In this document: piece after piece, positions 10,042 through 19,461 of the stretch
Layout of the letters: each line of letters starts with the position of its first letter
How positions within the stretch are numbered: position 1 is the stretch's first letter
Origin: Parachlamydiales bacterium
GTDB taxonomy: Bacteria > Chlamydiota > Chlamydiia > Chlamydiales > SM23-39
NCBI GenBank assembly: GCA_050302075.1
Contig: JBNLAH010000002.1
Location: forward strand, 32,606-96,605
DNA: 64,000 nt
Direction: 5' to 3'
Program-made: the position numbers and the translations under genes
The notes under the pieces: generated by a model
What the model saw: only the letters and a program-made list of their open reading frames with translations
Database searches by the model: none
What the model was told of the DNA's origin: nothing

Positions 10042-11118
10042 TTAGCTAACTCCTTTAGATATCTTCTTAATATTTATGATGCATAAATAGGTTATGTAAA
10101 TTATCGGAGATAAGTAGATAATAAGAACATAATTATGGTGCATTCTAAGATGCTTTGCAGTTAAGTATGAGGTCAAGATTATACCTAAGAGAAAAATAGC
10201 AATAAAAAATGATTTTTTTTGCTCGTTTCTTGAGATAGAAAGTCCATAAGAGGCTCCTATGAAAGAGAACAGAAAAACATATATGCCAAGAGAAATTCTT
10301 CTGTATAACTCAGAGTAATAAACATTAGAGGTTTTAGCGTCTTTTTTTTGCATTTTCAAATGCTTCAAAGAAGAAAATGTGTGCAATAATTTCTTCTTAT
10401 TTTTTTTCATCATTGAAGCTATTTCTATTGAGGGCGTAGAAAGCTGTAATTGATTTTCAATGATTAAATGGTCAAATTGATCTGCGTTTGTTTTTATTGA
10501 GGACACTAAAGTAGTTGCGACAGCATTTAAATTTTGTTTTGTGATTGTCAGATTTTTTGCAGTAAGCATTAAAAGTTTTTTAGAGGAAGGGTGGTAGGTG
10601 ATGAAAACTAAGTCATTTAATTGGTTATCTTCAATGTTTTTAAAATTTATAAAGGAATCTTTGATTTTTAGAAGTTTTTGCTTTTTTAGTAAGTTAACTG
10701 GATTTGTTGATGTTCTTTCAATTAAAAAATTTTGTGCCTTATATCTCAACTTGGGAGTAAGCTCCGCACAAATATAAAAATTTAGAAAAGCAAGTAAAAT
10801 AGAGCTTATAAGAATTGGAGTTAAAATTTGTGCTATAGATAGTGAAGCTGTTCGAAATGCAGTAATTTCTGATGTTAAAGATAAATTTCTAATTACTATA
10901 AAAGCACTGATAAAGCAGGACAAAGGAATAGCTAATGGCAGAATATGCGGTATTTGAATTAGTAAGAAATATACAACATCTTTAAACGTAGATGCAATTG
11001 ATGCATACTTCGCGATTTCCTTTGACCTGGTCAAAAGTAAGAGAAAGCTAAAACCAAAAATTGATAAATTAAAAACCTTGAAAAAGTCTTTTAAGATGTA
11101 TTTCCAAAATAAAGGCAT
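10042..11118 (-). CDS. lptF: LptF-like permease (YjgP/YjgQ family)
   Basis: 358 aa with the same topology as the neighbour. First gene of the pair, as in lptFG operons. Confidence 0.6.
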   Translation of the reverse strand: MPLFWKYILKDFFKVFNLSIFGFSFLLLLTRSKEIAKYASIASTFKDVVYFLLIQIPHILPLAIPLSCFISAFIVIRNLSLTSEITAFRTASLSIAQILTPILISSILLAFLNFYICAELTPKLRYKAQNFLIERTSTNPVNLLKKQKLLKIKDSFINFKNIEDNQLNDLVFITYHPSSKKLLMLTAKNLTITKQNLNAVATTLVSSIKTNADQFDHLIIENQLQLSTPSIEIASMMKKNKKKLLHTFSSLKHLKMQKKDAKTSNVYYSELYRRISLGIYVFLFSFIGASYGLSISRNEQKKSFFIAIFLLGIILTSYLTAKHLRMHHNYVLIIYLSPIIYITYLCIINIKKISKGVS

Positions 11119-11180
11119 GCCCTAAACACTTAATAATTGTAAAATTGTAGCTACGGCTTTTATTTAAGAATACATAATCA

Positions 11181-12470
11181 ATGCAAAATTTGGAAAACAC
11201 CGTTTTTAATTTTCTGAGAAAAAATTGTAAGGTTTATGCTAGCTATGGCGTCGGGTATTCAGGTGGAGGAGATTCAAAAGCTTTACTGTACCTTTTAATA
11301 AAACTATCAAAAAGACTTAAGTTGCAACTACATGTGCTTCATGTAGACCACTCATGGAGAGAAGAAAGCAAGGCACAGGCCGATGAGCTTGAAAGTGAAA
11401 TAAAGCAGCTAGGTTTTAGATTTCACAGGCATACACTTAAAAAAACTGAAGCAAAAAGTAACTTAGAGGATTTAGCTAGAAAGGAAAGGCTTTTGTTTTT
11501 TTCTTCAATTGCTAAAGGACATAACCTTGAAGCAATTTTTTTAGCGCATCATGGCGACGATCTTGCAGAAACAGTTCTTAAAAGAACTTTTGAGGGCGCT
11601 CAGCTAGAAAATCTAAGTGGCATGAAGCAAGTATCTAACTATGATTCAACTATTTTTTTTAGACCATTGTTAAATATCTCGAAAGTAGAACTTCAAAAGT
11701 TTTTACAAAAAAATAATATTTCTGCAATTGATGATCCAACAAATTATGATCATAAATTTCTACGAGCTAGAATGAGAGGTAGTTTATTTCCATTAATTGA
11801 AAAAAACTTTGGTAAATCGATAAAAAACAATTTGGTCAAACTATCAGAAAGGTCTGAGCTATTAAATTCATATTTAGATGAAAAGTTAAAAGATATCTCA
11901 CTGCCTAGCATTGAGAGTCCTTTTGGAAATCTTTACGAATTTTACAAAATATCAAAATTGCACCTGCTGGAGAAAAATTATATTTTGAGCAGGATCTTTC
12001 AAAAAGAAGTCCAATCGACAAGCCATTCTCTTACAGCTGAGTTGCTAAATTATTTAGAGAAAAAGGCTGCTAACAAGAAATTTTTTTATAAAAAAAAGAC
12101 TATTATAGCCGATAGAGGATTTCTGTTTTTTGTTAGAGAAAACGAAATGGATACAAAAAATAGCTCTTTCCATTTTAGGGACAAGAATTTTTTTGAAAAA
12201 CCGAGAATTGGCTGGAAATTTTTTTGGGAAGGCTCGATACATTGCCCCATTCCAAGCAAAGAGATTGATATTAAATGGTTTAAGGATATACATAAAACCG
12301 AACAGCAAAAGCTTCTAAGTAAGTGGGAAAGAAAAAAAATACCAGCATTTTTAAGGAGAAAAGCTCCGATTTTATGTCGAAATGGAAAAATTATTCAGGA
12401 TGTGTTAGACTCTAAAATAATGTTCAATGAACCTTCTATTAGTTTTTTTGAGTGGAAAATAATCATTTAA
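11181..12470 (+). CDS. tilS: tRNA(Ile)-lysidine synthase
   Basis: PP-loop SGGGDSKAL near the N-terminus, HVDHSWREES and LAHHGDDLAETVLKR motifs. 429 aa. Confidence 0.8.
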   Translation: MQNLENTVFNFLRKNCKVYASYGVGYSGGGDSKALLYLLIKLSKRLKLQLHVLHVDHSWREESKAQADELESEIKQLGFRFHRHTLKKTEAKSNLEDLARKERLLFFSSIAKGHNLEAIFLAHHGDDLAETVLKRTFEGAQLENLSGMKQVSNYDSTIFFRPLLNISKVELQKFLQKNNISAIDDPTNYDHKFLRARMRGSLFPLIEKNFGKSIKNNLVKLSERSELLNSYLDEKLKDISLPSIESPFGNLYEFYKISKLHLLEKNYILSRIFQKEVQSTSHSLTAELLNYLEKKAANKKFFYKKKTIIADRGFLFFVRENEMDTKNSSFHFRDKNFFEKPRIGWKFFWEGSIHCPIPSKEIDIKWFKDIHKTEQQKLLSKWERKKIPAFLRRKAPILCRNGKIIQDVLDSKIMFNEPSISFFEWKIII

Positions 12471-12593
12471 GATATTGTAATTTAATTTCTTAATCGAAAT
12501 TTTTTTTAAAAAAGGGTAAAATTTATTCTCTTTCTGTTATAGAAGGCAATATAAACAACAAATTAAAGATAACCCCTATGAGAGGTATTCGAA

Positions 12594-15329
12594 GTGCCAA
12601 ATGATAATAAGATGAAACAAAAACCTAAAAAAAGCTTTCCAGGTGGCTTTTTTATTCTTTTATTTGCTGCTGTTTTAATTATGATGGTATTTTCATATTC
12701 AGGTGCCAATAAGGCTAAGGTATCATTTAGTCGTCAATTAGAACATCTAGTAAATCTAGATATGCTAGATTCTAATGAAAATAAAATGATTGCACATTCG
12801 AATAACTTAGTAACATTTTCAGGTAAATTTAAACAGAATTTAACTGAAGATAGCGAAAGCAGATATCAATATTTAAGTCTTTTAAACAATCAGTATTCGC
12901 TTGAGATTGAGAAAAAAAATCTAAATGGGGAAATTTCAGAGCTAAAAGAAAATGTCAAAAATGCTTCGAGATATTTTTTATCTATCACTGGATTCACAAT
13001 TCCTGAAGGTGGGTATACTATTGTAGGTTCCCCTTATAATACACCTGATAAGAATAACTCAATTACGCTTTATAGCATCCCAAGTTTGGAAATTCCTAAT
13101 TTAAAATCATTAAAAGAAAGGATTCAGGGAGTTTCAGGAGATGAAGTTGAAACTTTTGGACGAGATTTATTCCAACAAGTTCAAATGTTCAGATCTTCGG
13201 CCCTCGGCATCGGCAGTGAAGCAATGAAGCGAAAGCTTCAAAGCATTGAAAGTGAAGTGTCAAATACACTATCTTCTAAATCAAGTCCTTCTGAAAAACT
13301 TAAGTCCTTTTCTAGTCAGTTAGCTGAGCTTGATTCTGTTGCTTTACAACTAAATTCATATGACAACTCAGTTCGACTCATTCAAACTAGAAGTGTTCGT
13401 AGCTATATTGAAAAATTAATTTCATTTCAAAATGTAGGTGATAAGCTTACAGAAAATTCTATTCAGTTAGAAAGAGCTAGAGATAAAGTTGCTGATTTCA
13501 TCTGGTTTTTTAATAACAAAGAGGTTTCTACAGCGGCATTAGAAAAGCAAAATCCTGAGATTTTTCAGCAATGGTTTGCTAAAGCTAAAGAAGAATGGGA
13601 CAATTTCTCGACGAATAAAGGTCTTTATTTTAAAGCCCCAGATCAACCGAGGAACCTTGTTTTAGAAAATAAGTTCCAAACACAAGAGCAATCAGGAAAT
13701 TATTTTAGCCATATTATCACGTTCCTACCCATTATTTTGTTTATTCTACTTTTTTATTTCTTCTTCTCTAGGCAGATGAAAGGCGTAGGTTCAAATGCGA
13801 TGAATTTTGGAAAATCACCAGCTAGAATGCTCACTAAGGAAATGAATAAGACTACTTTTAAAGATGTAGCTGGGGCTGAAGAAGCAAAAGAAGAACTACA
13901 AGAAATTGTAGACTTTTTAAAGGATCCTAAAAAATTCACAGCACTCGGAGCTAGGATACCAAAAGGGGTCCTATTGGTTGGCCCTCCAGGAACAGGTAAA
14001 ACCCTCGTTGCAAAAGCTGTGGCAGGTGAAGCAGATAGACCATTTTTTACAATATCTGGGTCTGATTTTGTGGAAATGTTCGTAGGAGTTGGTGCTTCTA
14101 GAATTAGGGATCTGTTTGATCAAGCTAAAAAGAATGCCCCTTGTATCATTTTCATGGATGAAATAGATGCTGTTGGGCGCCATAGGGGAGCAGGTATTGG
14201 AGGAGGTCATGATGAAAGAGAGCAGACATTAAACCAATTATTAGTAGAAATGGATGGCTTTGACACAAAAGAAGGAGTCATTTTAATGGCTGCAACTAAT
14301 AGGCCAGATATTTTGGATAAGGCTTTGCTCAGGCCTGGACGCTTTGATAGAAGGGTTACTTTAGACCTTCCTGATATCAAAGGCAGGTATGAGATTTTAA
14401 AAGTGCATGCTAGAAAAATAAAGATTGATTCTTCTGTTGAACTTATGGATATAGCTAGGTCAACACCAGGAGCATCTGGAGCAGACTTGGAAAATATCTT
14501 AAATGAAGCAGCTCTTATAGCTGCAAGACATGGCCGAAAAGCTGTTACTTCTGTTGAGACAAGAGAAGCTTCAGATAAAGTGCGCTACGGTAAAGAACGA
14601 AGAAGCCTTGAAATGGATGAAGAGGAAAAAAGAACAACAGCTTTTCATGAAAGCGGCCATACAGTTGTAGGGCTTGTTGTCAAAAATGCTGACCCAGTTG
14701 ATAAGGTTACAATTATACCACGTGGTTTTTCACTTGGGGCAACTCACTTTATGCCAAAGAAAAATAGAGTTAGTTACTGGAAAAAAGAGGCTATAGACCA
14801 GTTGGCTGTTTTAATGGGGGGTAGAGCCGCAGAAGAAATTTTTATTGGCGACTACTGTTCAGGAGCTCAACACGATATTTCTCAAGCTACAAAACTGGCT
14901 CGTGCCATGGTATGTGAATGGGGGATGAGTGAGAATATCGGCCTTGTCTCTTTTGATGAAAATACCGAGTCTGGTCAGTATCTAGGTATTCAAGGCTATC
15001 ATGAGAAAAAGTATTCTGAAGAGACTGCTAAGAAAATTGATGATGAAATTAATAGATTGATTGAAGAAGGTCATCAAACTGCTTTAAAAATTGTCAAAGA
15101 CAATGAAGAGAAAGTTAAACTAATGGCAGCTATGCTCATTAAGTTTGAGACATTAGACTCAAAAGACATTGAAGAAATCATGCAAGACAAGTGGGACGAA
15201 GAAGTGAAAATGAAGCGTTTAAAAGCACAAGATGAGCTTCATAGAAAGCTTCCACCACCACCACCAGAAAAAAAACCTAGTGAAGAAAATGTTCAAAGGC
15301 CAGAAAATCCTGAACCTGGGTTATCTTAA
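12594..15329 (+). CDS. ftsH: ATP-dependent zinc metalloprotease FtsH with long N-terminal extracytoplasmic domain
   Basis: Walker [10 protein letters not shown], Walker [13 protein letters not shown] region, zinc site HESGHTVVG. Two TMs flank an insert of about 340 aa. Pro-rich C-terminal tail. 911 aa, GTG start. Confidence 0.95.
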   Translation: MPNDNKMKQKPKKSFPGGFFILLFAAVLIMMVFSYSGANKAKVSFSRQLEHLVNLDMLDSNENKMIAHSNNLVTFSGKFKQNLTEDSESRYQYLSLLNNQYSLEIEKKNLNGEISELKENVKNASRYFLSITGFTIPEGGYTIVGSPYNTPDKNNSITLYSIPSLEIPNLKSLKERIQGVSGDEVETFGRDLFQQVQMFRSSALGIGSEAMKRKLQSIESEVSNTLSSKSSPSEKLKSFSSQLAELDSVALQLNSYDNSVRLIQTRSVRSYIEKLISFQNVGDKLTENSIQLERARDKVADFIWFFNNKEVSTAALEKQNPEIFQQWFAKAKEEWDNFSTNKGLYFKAPDQPRNLVLENKFQTQEQSGNYFSHIITFLPIILFILLFYFFFSRQMKGVGSNAMNFGKSPARMLTKEMNKTTFKDVAGAEEAKEELQEIVDFLKDPKKFTALGARIPKGVLLVGPPGTGKTLVAKAVAGEADRPFFTISGSDFVEMFVGVGASRIRDLFDQAKKNAPCIIFMDEIDAVGRHRGAGIGGGHDEREQTLNQLLVEMDGFDTKEGVILMAATNRPDILDKALLRPGRFDRRVTLDLPDIKGRYEILKVHARKIKIDSSVELMDIARSTPGASGADLENILNEAALIAARHGRKAVTSVETREASDKVRYGKERRSLEMDEEEKRTTAFHESGHTVVGLVVKNADPVDKVTIIPRGFSLGATHFMPKKNRVSYWKKEAIDQLAVLMGGRAAEEIFIGDYCSGAQHDISQATKLARAMVCEWGMSENIGLVSFDENTESGQYLGIQGYHEKKYSEETAKKIDDEINRLIEEGHQTALKIVKDNEEKVKLMAAMLIKFETLDSKDIEEIMQDKWDEEVKMKRLKAQDELHRKLPPPPPEKKPSEENVQRPENPEPGLS

Positions 15330-15335
15330 CAGATC

Positions 15336-15375
15336 ACCTTAAGCACTTTCGTAATGAAAGTGCTTAAGGTTTTAT
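15336..15375. terminator. bidirectional hairpin between convergent ftsH and multicopper oxidase genes
   Basis: Perfect 14-bp stem accttaagcacttt / aaagtgcttaaggt with a 7-nt loop, followed by ttttat. The right arm overlaps the oxidase stop codon. Confidence 0.6.
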
Positions 15376-16674
15376 ACCATCTATGTCCATTTGCTTTTCT
15401 GAAGCTTTTTTCACCATAGAACATTTTGGGAATTTATAAGGCTGAGTATTTTCATAGCTAGTTAGGTTTTTTCTAACTCTTAAAATATTAGCCATCCCAC
15501 CAATTACAGTGTTTCCAAATTGCCCATTATATCCAAGCATAGGGATACTGTTTTTGGGGATTGGTCTACCAGATTCTGTCATGTCTCTCATTCCAGTTCT
15601 TCCTAAGGTTTTATACTCAGGAATAAGCTGTTTAATCTTAGCATCTATTTTTTTGGTTTTTGCACTTAGAACATTTGGTATGTCATGACCCATTTGATTC
15701 ATAATATGATGAGTCATATGACAGTGAAATATCCAATCACCTGGGTTATTGGCATAAAATTCTGTAACTTTAACACTACCAACTGGTACAAGCACGGTAG
15801 TTTCAGGTAATATAAAGTCCTTATTTTCAATCCAACCCCCATCTGTTCCAATAGTTTTAAATGAATAACCATGCAAATGAATTGGATGATGGTCCATAGC
15901 ACTCAAATTTCCATAGCGTATCCATACTTTATCTCCAAATTTTGCAACTAATGGTTCTGTGTATGGCATTACTTTTCCATTCATAGTTAAAATGTTGAAA
16001 CTGCCCATCTTAAAGATGTCTGGCCTTTTGGTTCCAACCGGAATAAGCCATTCGTGTAACATAATGACAAAATCTCTATCAGGCCTTTCGCATCTTTTTT
16101 CCCTTTTATGAACAACTATCATTCCAACAAGCCCCATACCTTCTTGTGTCATATTATCATAATGGGGGTGGTACATGAATGTCCCAGCATTAGGAAACGT
16201 AAATTCATAACAAAATGTTTCTCCTGGCTGAATAGCTGGCTGAGTAAGTCCTGCTACACCGTCCATACCGCATGGTAACAATACTCCATGCCAGTGAACT
16301 GTAGTTGGAGCTGGAAGTTTGTTTGTCACATAAATCCTTACTCTGTCATTTTCTGCAACTTCAATAACAGGGCCCGGGACAGATCCATTATAACCCCATG
16401 TATTGACTGTTAACCCTTTTGCTATTTCCCAGACAATCGGCTCAGCTGTTAAATGAAATATTTTTACTTTATTTCTAACTCTGCAATGGGCTTTTGTGCC
16501 ATTTGGAACAATGCAAGGTGTATAGTCTTTATTGAATTGGGATAATGGTGTGTGTTTTTTTTTAGATCCTGACCAGGGGAGCTCATAAGCTGATTTAGGT
16601 TTGTGACAAGTTGAGTCAGCTACTATAGTAGAATAAATAATTATCAAAATTGTCAGTAATTTAATTAGCTTCAT
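15364..16674 (-). CDS. two-domain multicopper oxidase (copper-resistance type)
   Basis: Cu-ligand motifs HWHG, HPH, HPIHLHG and HCHMTHH. Only about 95 aa separate motifs 2 and 3, which implies two cupredoxin domains. Signal peptide MKLIKLLTILIIIYSTIVA, so the start is placed at the internal Met (the ORF track starts at 16704). C-terminal extension of about 110 aa. Confidence 0.8.
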   Translation of the reverse strand: MKLIKLLTILIIIYSTIVADSTCHKPKSAYELPWSGSKKKHTPLSQFNKDYTPCIVPNGTKAHCRVRNKVKIFHLTAEPIVWEIAKGLTVNTWGYNGSVPGPVIEVAENDRVRIYVTNKLPAPTTVHWHGVLLPCGMDGVAGLTQPAIQPGETFCYEFTFPNAGTFMYHPHYDNMTQEGMGLVGMIVVHKREKRCERPDRDFVIMLHEWLIPVGTKRPDIFKMGSFNILTMNGKVMPYTEPLVAKFGDKVWIRYGNLSAMDHHPIHLHGYSFKTIGTDGGWIENKDFILPETTVLVPVGSVKVTEFYANNPGDWIFHCHMTHHIMNQMGHDIPNVLSAKTKKIDAKIKQLIPEYKTLGRTGMRDMTESGRPIPKNSIPMLGYNGQFGNTVIGGMANILRVRKNLTSYENTQPYKFPKCSMVKKASEKQMDIDGIKP

Positions 16675-16675
16675 A

Positions 16676-18064
16676 CTATTCCCACATTTTAAAAGTAGAG
16701 CCACTTAGCAGTAAATCCAGCTCAATTTTTGAAAAAATAAAATCCTTCTCGATTTTTATTTTTTGGATGTGAGCTGTTAGCTCATCTGATTTGACTTTAA
16801 GCAGCTCAAACACCCCTAGTTGCATAGCATTATATTGATCAAAAGTCTCTTGATAGATTTTTTCTTTTAGGGGGATTACAGCCTTTTGATAATAGTTGAG
16901 TTTTCTTTTACTATTTAAAAAATTGATACGGGCCATTCTTGCAAAAGATCTAATATTAACTGCTGTTGATGTATAGTTATTCCATTGTTGATATAGCTCT
17001 GCTTGTGCAGCAGCAGATACTGCTTTACCAAAATCGAAAATAGGAATGCCAATAGAAAATGCTGGGCCTACAAACCATACACCATTGTCTTCTCTTTCAG
17101 AATCAGGGCCAATTGTAAAATTTGATAAGACTGTGTTTGCGATGTCAATCCCATATTTTTTTGCAACAGCTATCATCTGTAGTTGGTTGTATTTTAATTT
17201 TAGGCTTTTAGAAATAACCTTATTTTCAAAGTTATCGAACTTTAATTCATGCAAATTTTTCTCTTCAAATGCTTCGTTAAGCTTCCATTTAATATCTTTT
17301 CCATAAAGTCCTAATGCTTGATTTAATTTTTCTTTGGCATCAATTAATGCAACTTCTATATCAGCTATATTTAGCTTTGCCTCTAAATAGTCTGCTTTTT
17401 TTATTGATAATTCTAATGCATTAATATTTCCAGCTTCGAATAGTACCTCTGCAAATTCATAAGAAGCTTCTTTTGCAATCAGTATTTTTTTTTCTAATTC
17501 CAAAGTAAGGTTTGTAAACAAGACATTATAAAATGCATTTTTTGTGACTGCTATTGTCTGCAGTATTTGATTGGTTACAAAAGATTTTGTCTTTTCGAGT
17601 TCAACCATTGCCAGCTTCTTTTTTGAGGGGGTCAAAAGTGCATCTAGAAAGTTCTGAAAAAGGCTCATATTGATAATGTCAAATTGATTGGCCTCAGTTG
17701 CGAACTTATACGAAAGAGAAAAAATTGGATTTTTTAAAAGCTTAGCTTGAGCCAAATTGGCTTTTGCTATGCCAATTTTTTCATATTCTGCTTGAAGTTT
17801 TCTGTTGTTTAGCAAGGTTATCTTAACCGCATTGTCTTCAGTTAACTCATTTTCTAATAGTTTATTAATATGCTTTCTCACCAAGTCAATATTTTCTCTA
17901 GATGTGTTAGCAATTGAAATGCTTGTCTCATTTTTAATGTCTTGCTTAACACTTTCAAATTCAGTACTTGGATTAGTATTAACGCTACAACCTGCTAAAA
18001 AAAGCATAAGAACTAGTGCTAAAGGCACCTGGTATTTAATTAGAAGCTTCATTGCAATTTTCAT
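16676..18064 (-). CDS. outer-membrane efflux (TolC/NodT-type OMF) lipoprotein
   Basis: Lipobox LFLAGCS. Long coiled alpha-helical repeats and an overall OEP-like two-repeat layout. 462 aa. Its stop lies 1 nt from the oxidase ATG. Confidence 0.7.
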   Translation of the reverse strand: MKIAMKLLIKYQVPLALVLMLFLAGCSVNTNPSTEFESVKQDIKNETSISIANTSRENIDLVRKHINKLLENELTEDNAVKITLLNNRKLQAEYEKIGIAKANLAQAKLLKNPIFSLSYKFATEANQFDIINMSLFQNFLDALLTPSKKKLAMVELEKTKSFVTNQILQTIAVTKNAFYNVLFTNLTLELEKKILIAKEASYEFAEVLFEAGNINALELSIKKADYLEAKLNIADIEVALIDAKEKLNQALGLYGKDIKWKLNEAFEEKNLHELKFDNFENKVISKSLKLKYNQLQMIAVAKKYGIDIANTVLSNFTIGPDSEREDNGVWFVGPAFSIGIPIFDFGKAVSAAAQAELYQQWNNYTSTAVNIRSFARMARINFLNSKRKLNYYQKAVIPLKEKIYQETFDQYNAMQLGVFELLKVKSDELTAHIQKIKIEKDFIFSKIELDLLLSGSTFKMWE

Positions 18065-18206
18065 CCAATTCTAATATAGGGCTTAAATCATATTGAGAAG
18101 AAATAATATCCGTTCTACAAGGGTTATTCGGTTCGCATTTGGGAACACATATTTGAGTACAGCTATAAAAAAGCAAACTAATTAAAACTAAGCTTGATAT
18201 TTTCAC
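18036..18206 (-). CDS. candidate Cys-rich mini-lipoprotein (56 aa; below ORF-track cutoff)
   Basis: My own translation gives VKISSLVLISLLFYSCTQICVPKCEPNNPCRTDIISSQYDLSPILELDENCNEASN. GTG start, signal-like N-terminus, lipobox-like LFYSC, five further Cys. Overlaps the OMF start by 29 nt. Confidence 0.25.
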   Translation of the reverse strand: MKISSLVLISLLFYSCTQICVPKCEPNNPCRTDIISSQYDLSPILELDENCNEASN

Positions 18207-18388
18207 TGAAAACACTCAGATTGCTAAAATTTTATGTTTATAAAATTTTAAATTGATTGTAAAGCTGTTGAAGAATTCAAAGCTTTAATAATAAGCTAAG
18301 AAGGGTGGCTAAATTTTTCAAGCATTGACAATTCTGGCTTTTTAATTTTAACTAATCTCTTACAAGAACAAGGTAAAATTTTAAAAAT

Positions 18389-19441
18389 ATGAAAACAAAA
18401 AATGTAATTGCTTACGGAAAAGATACTTTAGAAGAATCGTTGCACTCAATGAATATCAAGAGAAGGGAATTGCTTTCTAACGACGTAGAAATAGAAATTC
18501 TTTTCTGCGGAATATGTCACTCTGACTTGCACGCAATACAAAACGAATGGAAAAATACCACATACCCAATCGTTCCTGGACATGAAATAGTAGGCAGAGT
18601 ATCAAAGATTGGCAAGGATGTCTCTAAATTTAAAATTGGTGATTTGGTTGCTGTGGGATGTATCGTGGACTCTTGCAGACAATGCGAGTATTGCAAAGAA
18701 AGTAATGAGCAATTTTGTGAAAATGGCTGGACGCTTGTTTTTAATTCTCCTGATAAGCATTTGGGAGGTCAAAATTTTGGTGGTTTTTCAGAAAATATAA
18801 TTGTAGATGAAGGTTATATTTTGCATATTCCAAAGAAGCTAGATCTACCTTCGGCAGCTCCTCTTCTTTGTGCTGGAATTACCGTTTACTCGCCATTAAA
18901 ACATTGGAAAGCAGGACCCGGAAAAAAAATTGGAATTATCGGTATAGGTGGTCTAGGTCATATGGCAATTAAAATTGCAAAAGCTATGGGGGCTCATGTT
19001 GTTGCATTTACTACTTCACAGTCTAAAATTGATGATGCCAAACGATTAGGGGCAGACGAGGTAATTGTCTCTAAAGATGACGAACAAATGAAAAATCAAT
19101 CAAAATTTGACACGATTCTAGATACAGTCTCGGCAAATCATGATGTGAATGCTTATCTCAATTTGCTGAAAGTTGATGGATCACTTGTCTTGGTAGGGCT
19201 GCCCGCTCAACCACTGCAAGTGAATGCATTTAGCCTTGTGAATGGAAGGAAGCATTTTTCTGGATCCAATATCGGGGGTATTGCCGAAACTCAAGAAGTT
19301 TTAGATTTCTGTGCCAAAAAAAATATCACAGCCGATATTGAATTAATCAATATTCAACAAGTCAATGAAGCTTTTGAAAGATTGCAAAAAGGTGATGTAA
19401 AATACCGCTTTGTTATTGATATGAAATCCTTAAACAAATAA
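18389..19441 (+). CDS. zinc-dependent alcohol dehydrogenase (cinnamyl-alcohol/YahK-like, NADP type)
   Basis: GICHSDLH and PGHEIVG catalytic-zinc motifs, structural-zinc CRQCEYCKESNEQFC, Rossmann GIIGIGGLGH. 350 aa. Confidence 0.85.
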   Translation: MKTKNVIAYGKDTLEESLHSMNIKRRELLSNDVEIEILFCGICHSDLHAIQNEWKNTTYPIVPGHEIVGRVSKIGKDVSKFKIGDLVAVGCIVDSCRQCEYCKESNEQFCENGWTLVFNSPDKHLGGQNFGGFSENIIVDEGYILHIPKKLDLPSAAPLLCAGITVYSPLKHWKAGPGKKIGIIGIGGLGHMAIKIAKAMGAHVVAFTTSQSKIDDAKRLGADEVIVSKDDEQMKNQSKFDTILDTVSANHDVNAYLNLLKVDGSLVLVGLPAQPLQVNAFSLVNGRKHFSGSNIGGIAETQEVLDFCAKKNITADIELINIQQVNEAFERLQKGDVKYRFVIDMKSLNK

Positions 19442-19461
19442 ATAGCTATCAAATAAGACAA

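Noticed and set aside
12054-12318. ORFs 12054..12308 (-) and 12130..12318 (+) inside tilS
   Set aside because: They are alternative or antisense frames within a supported CDS in a Lys/Phe-rich AT-rich segment.
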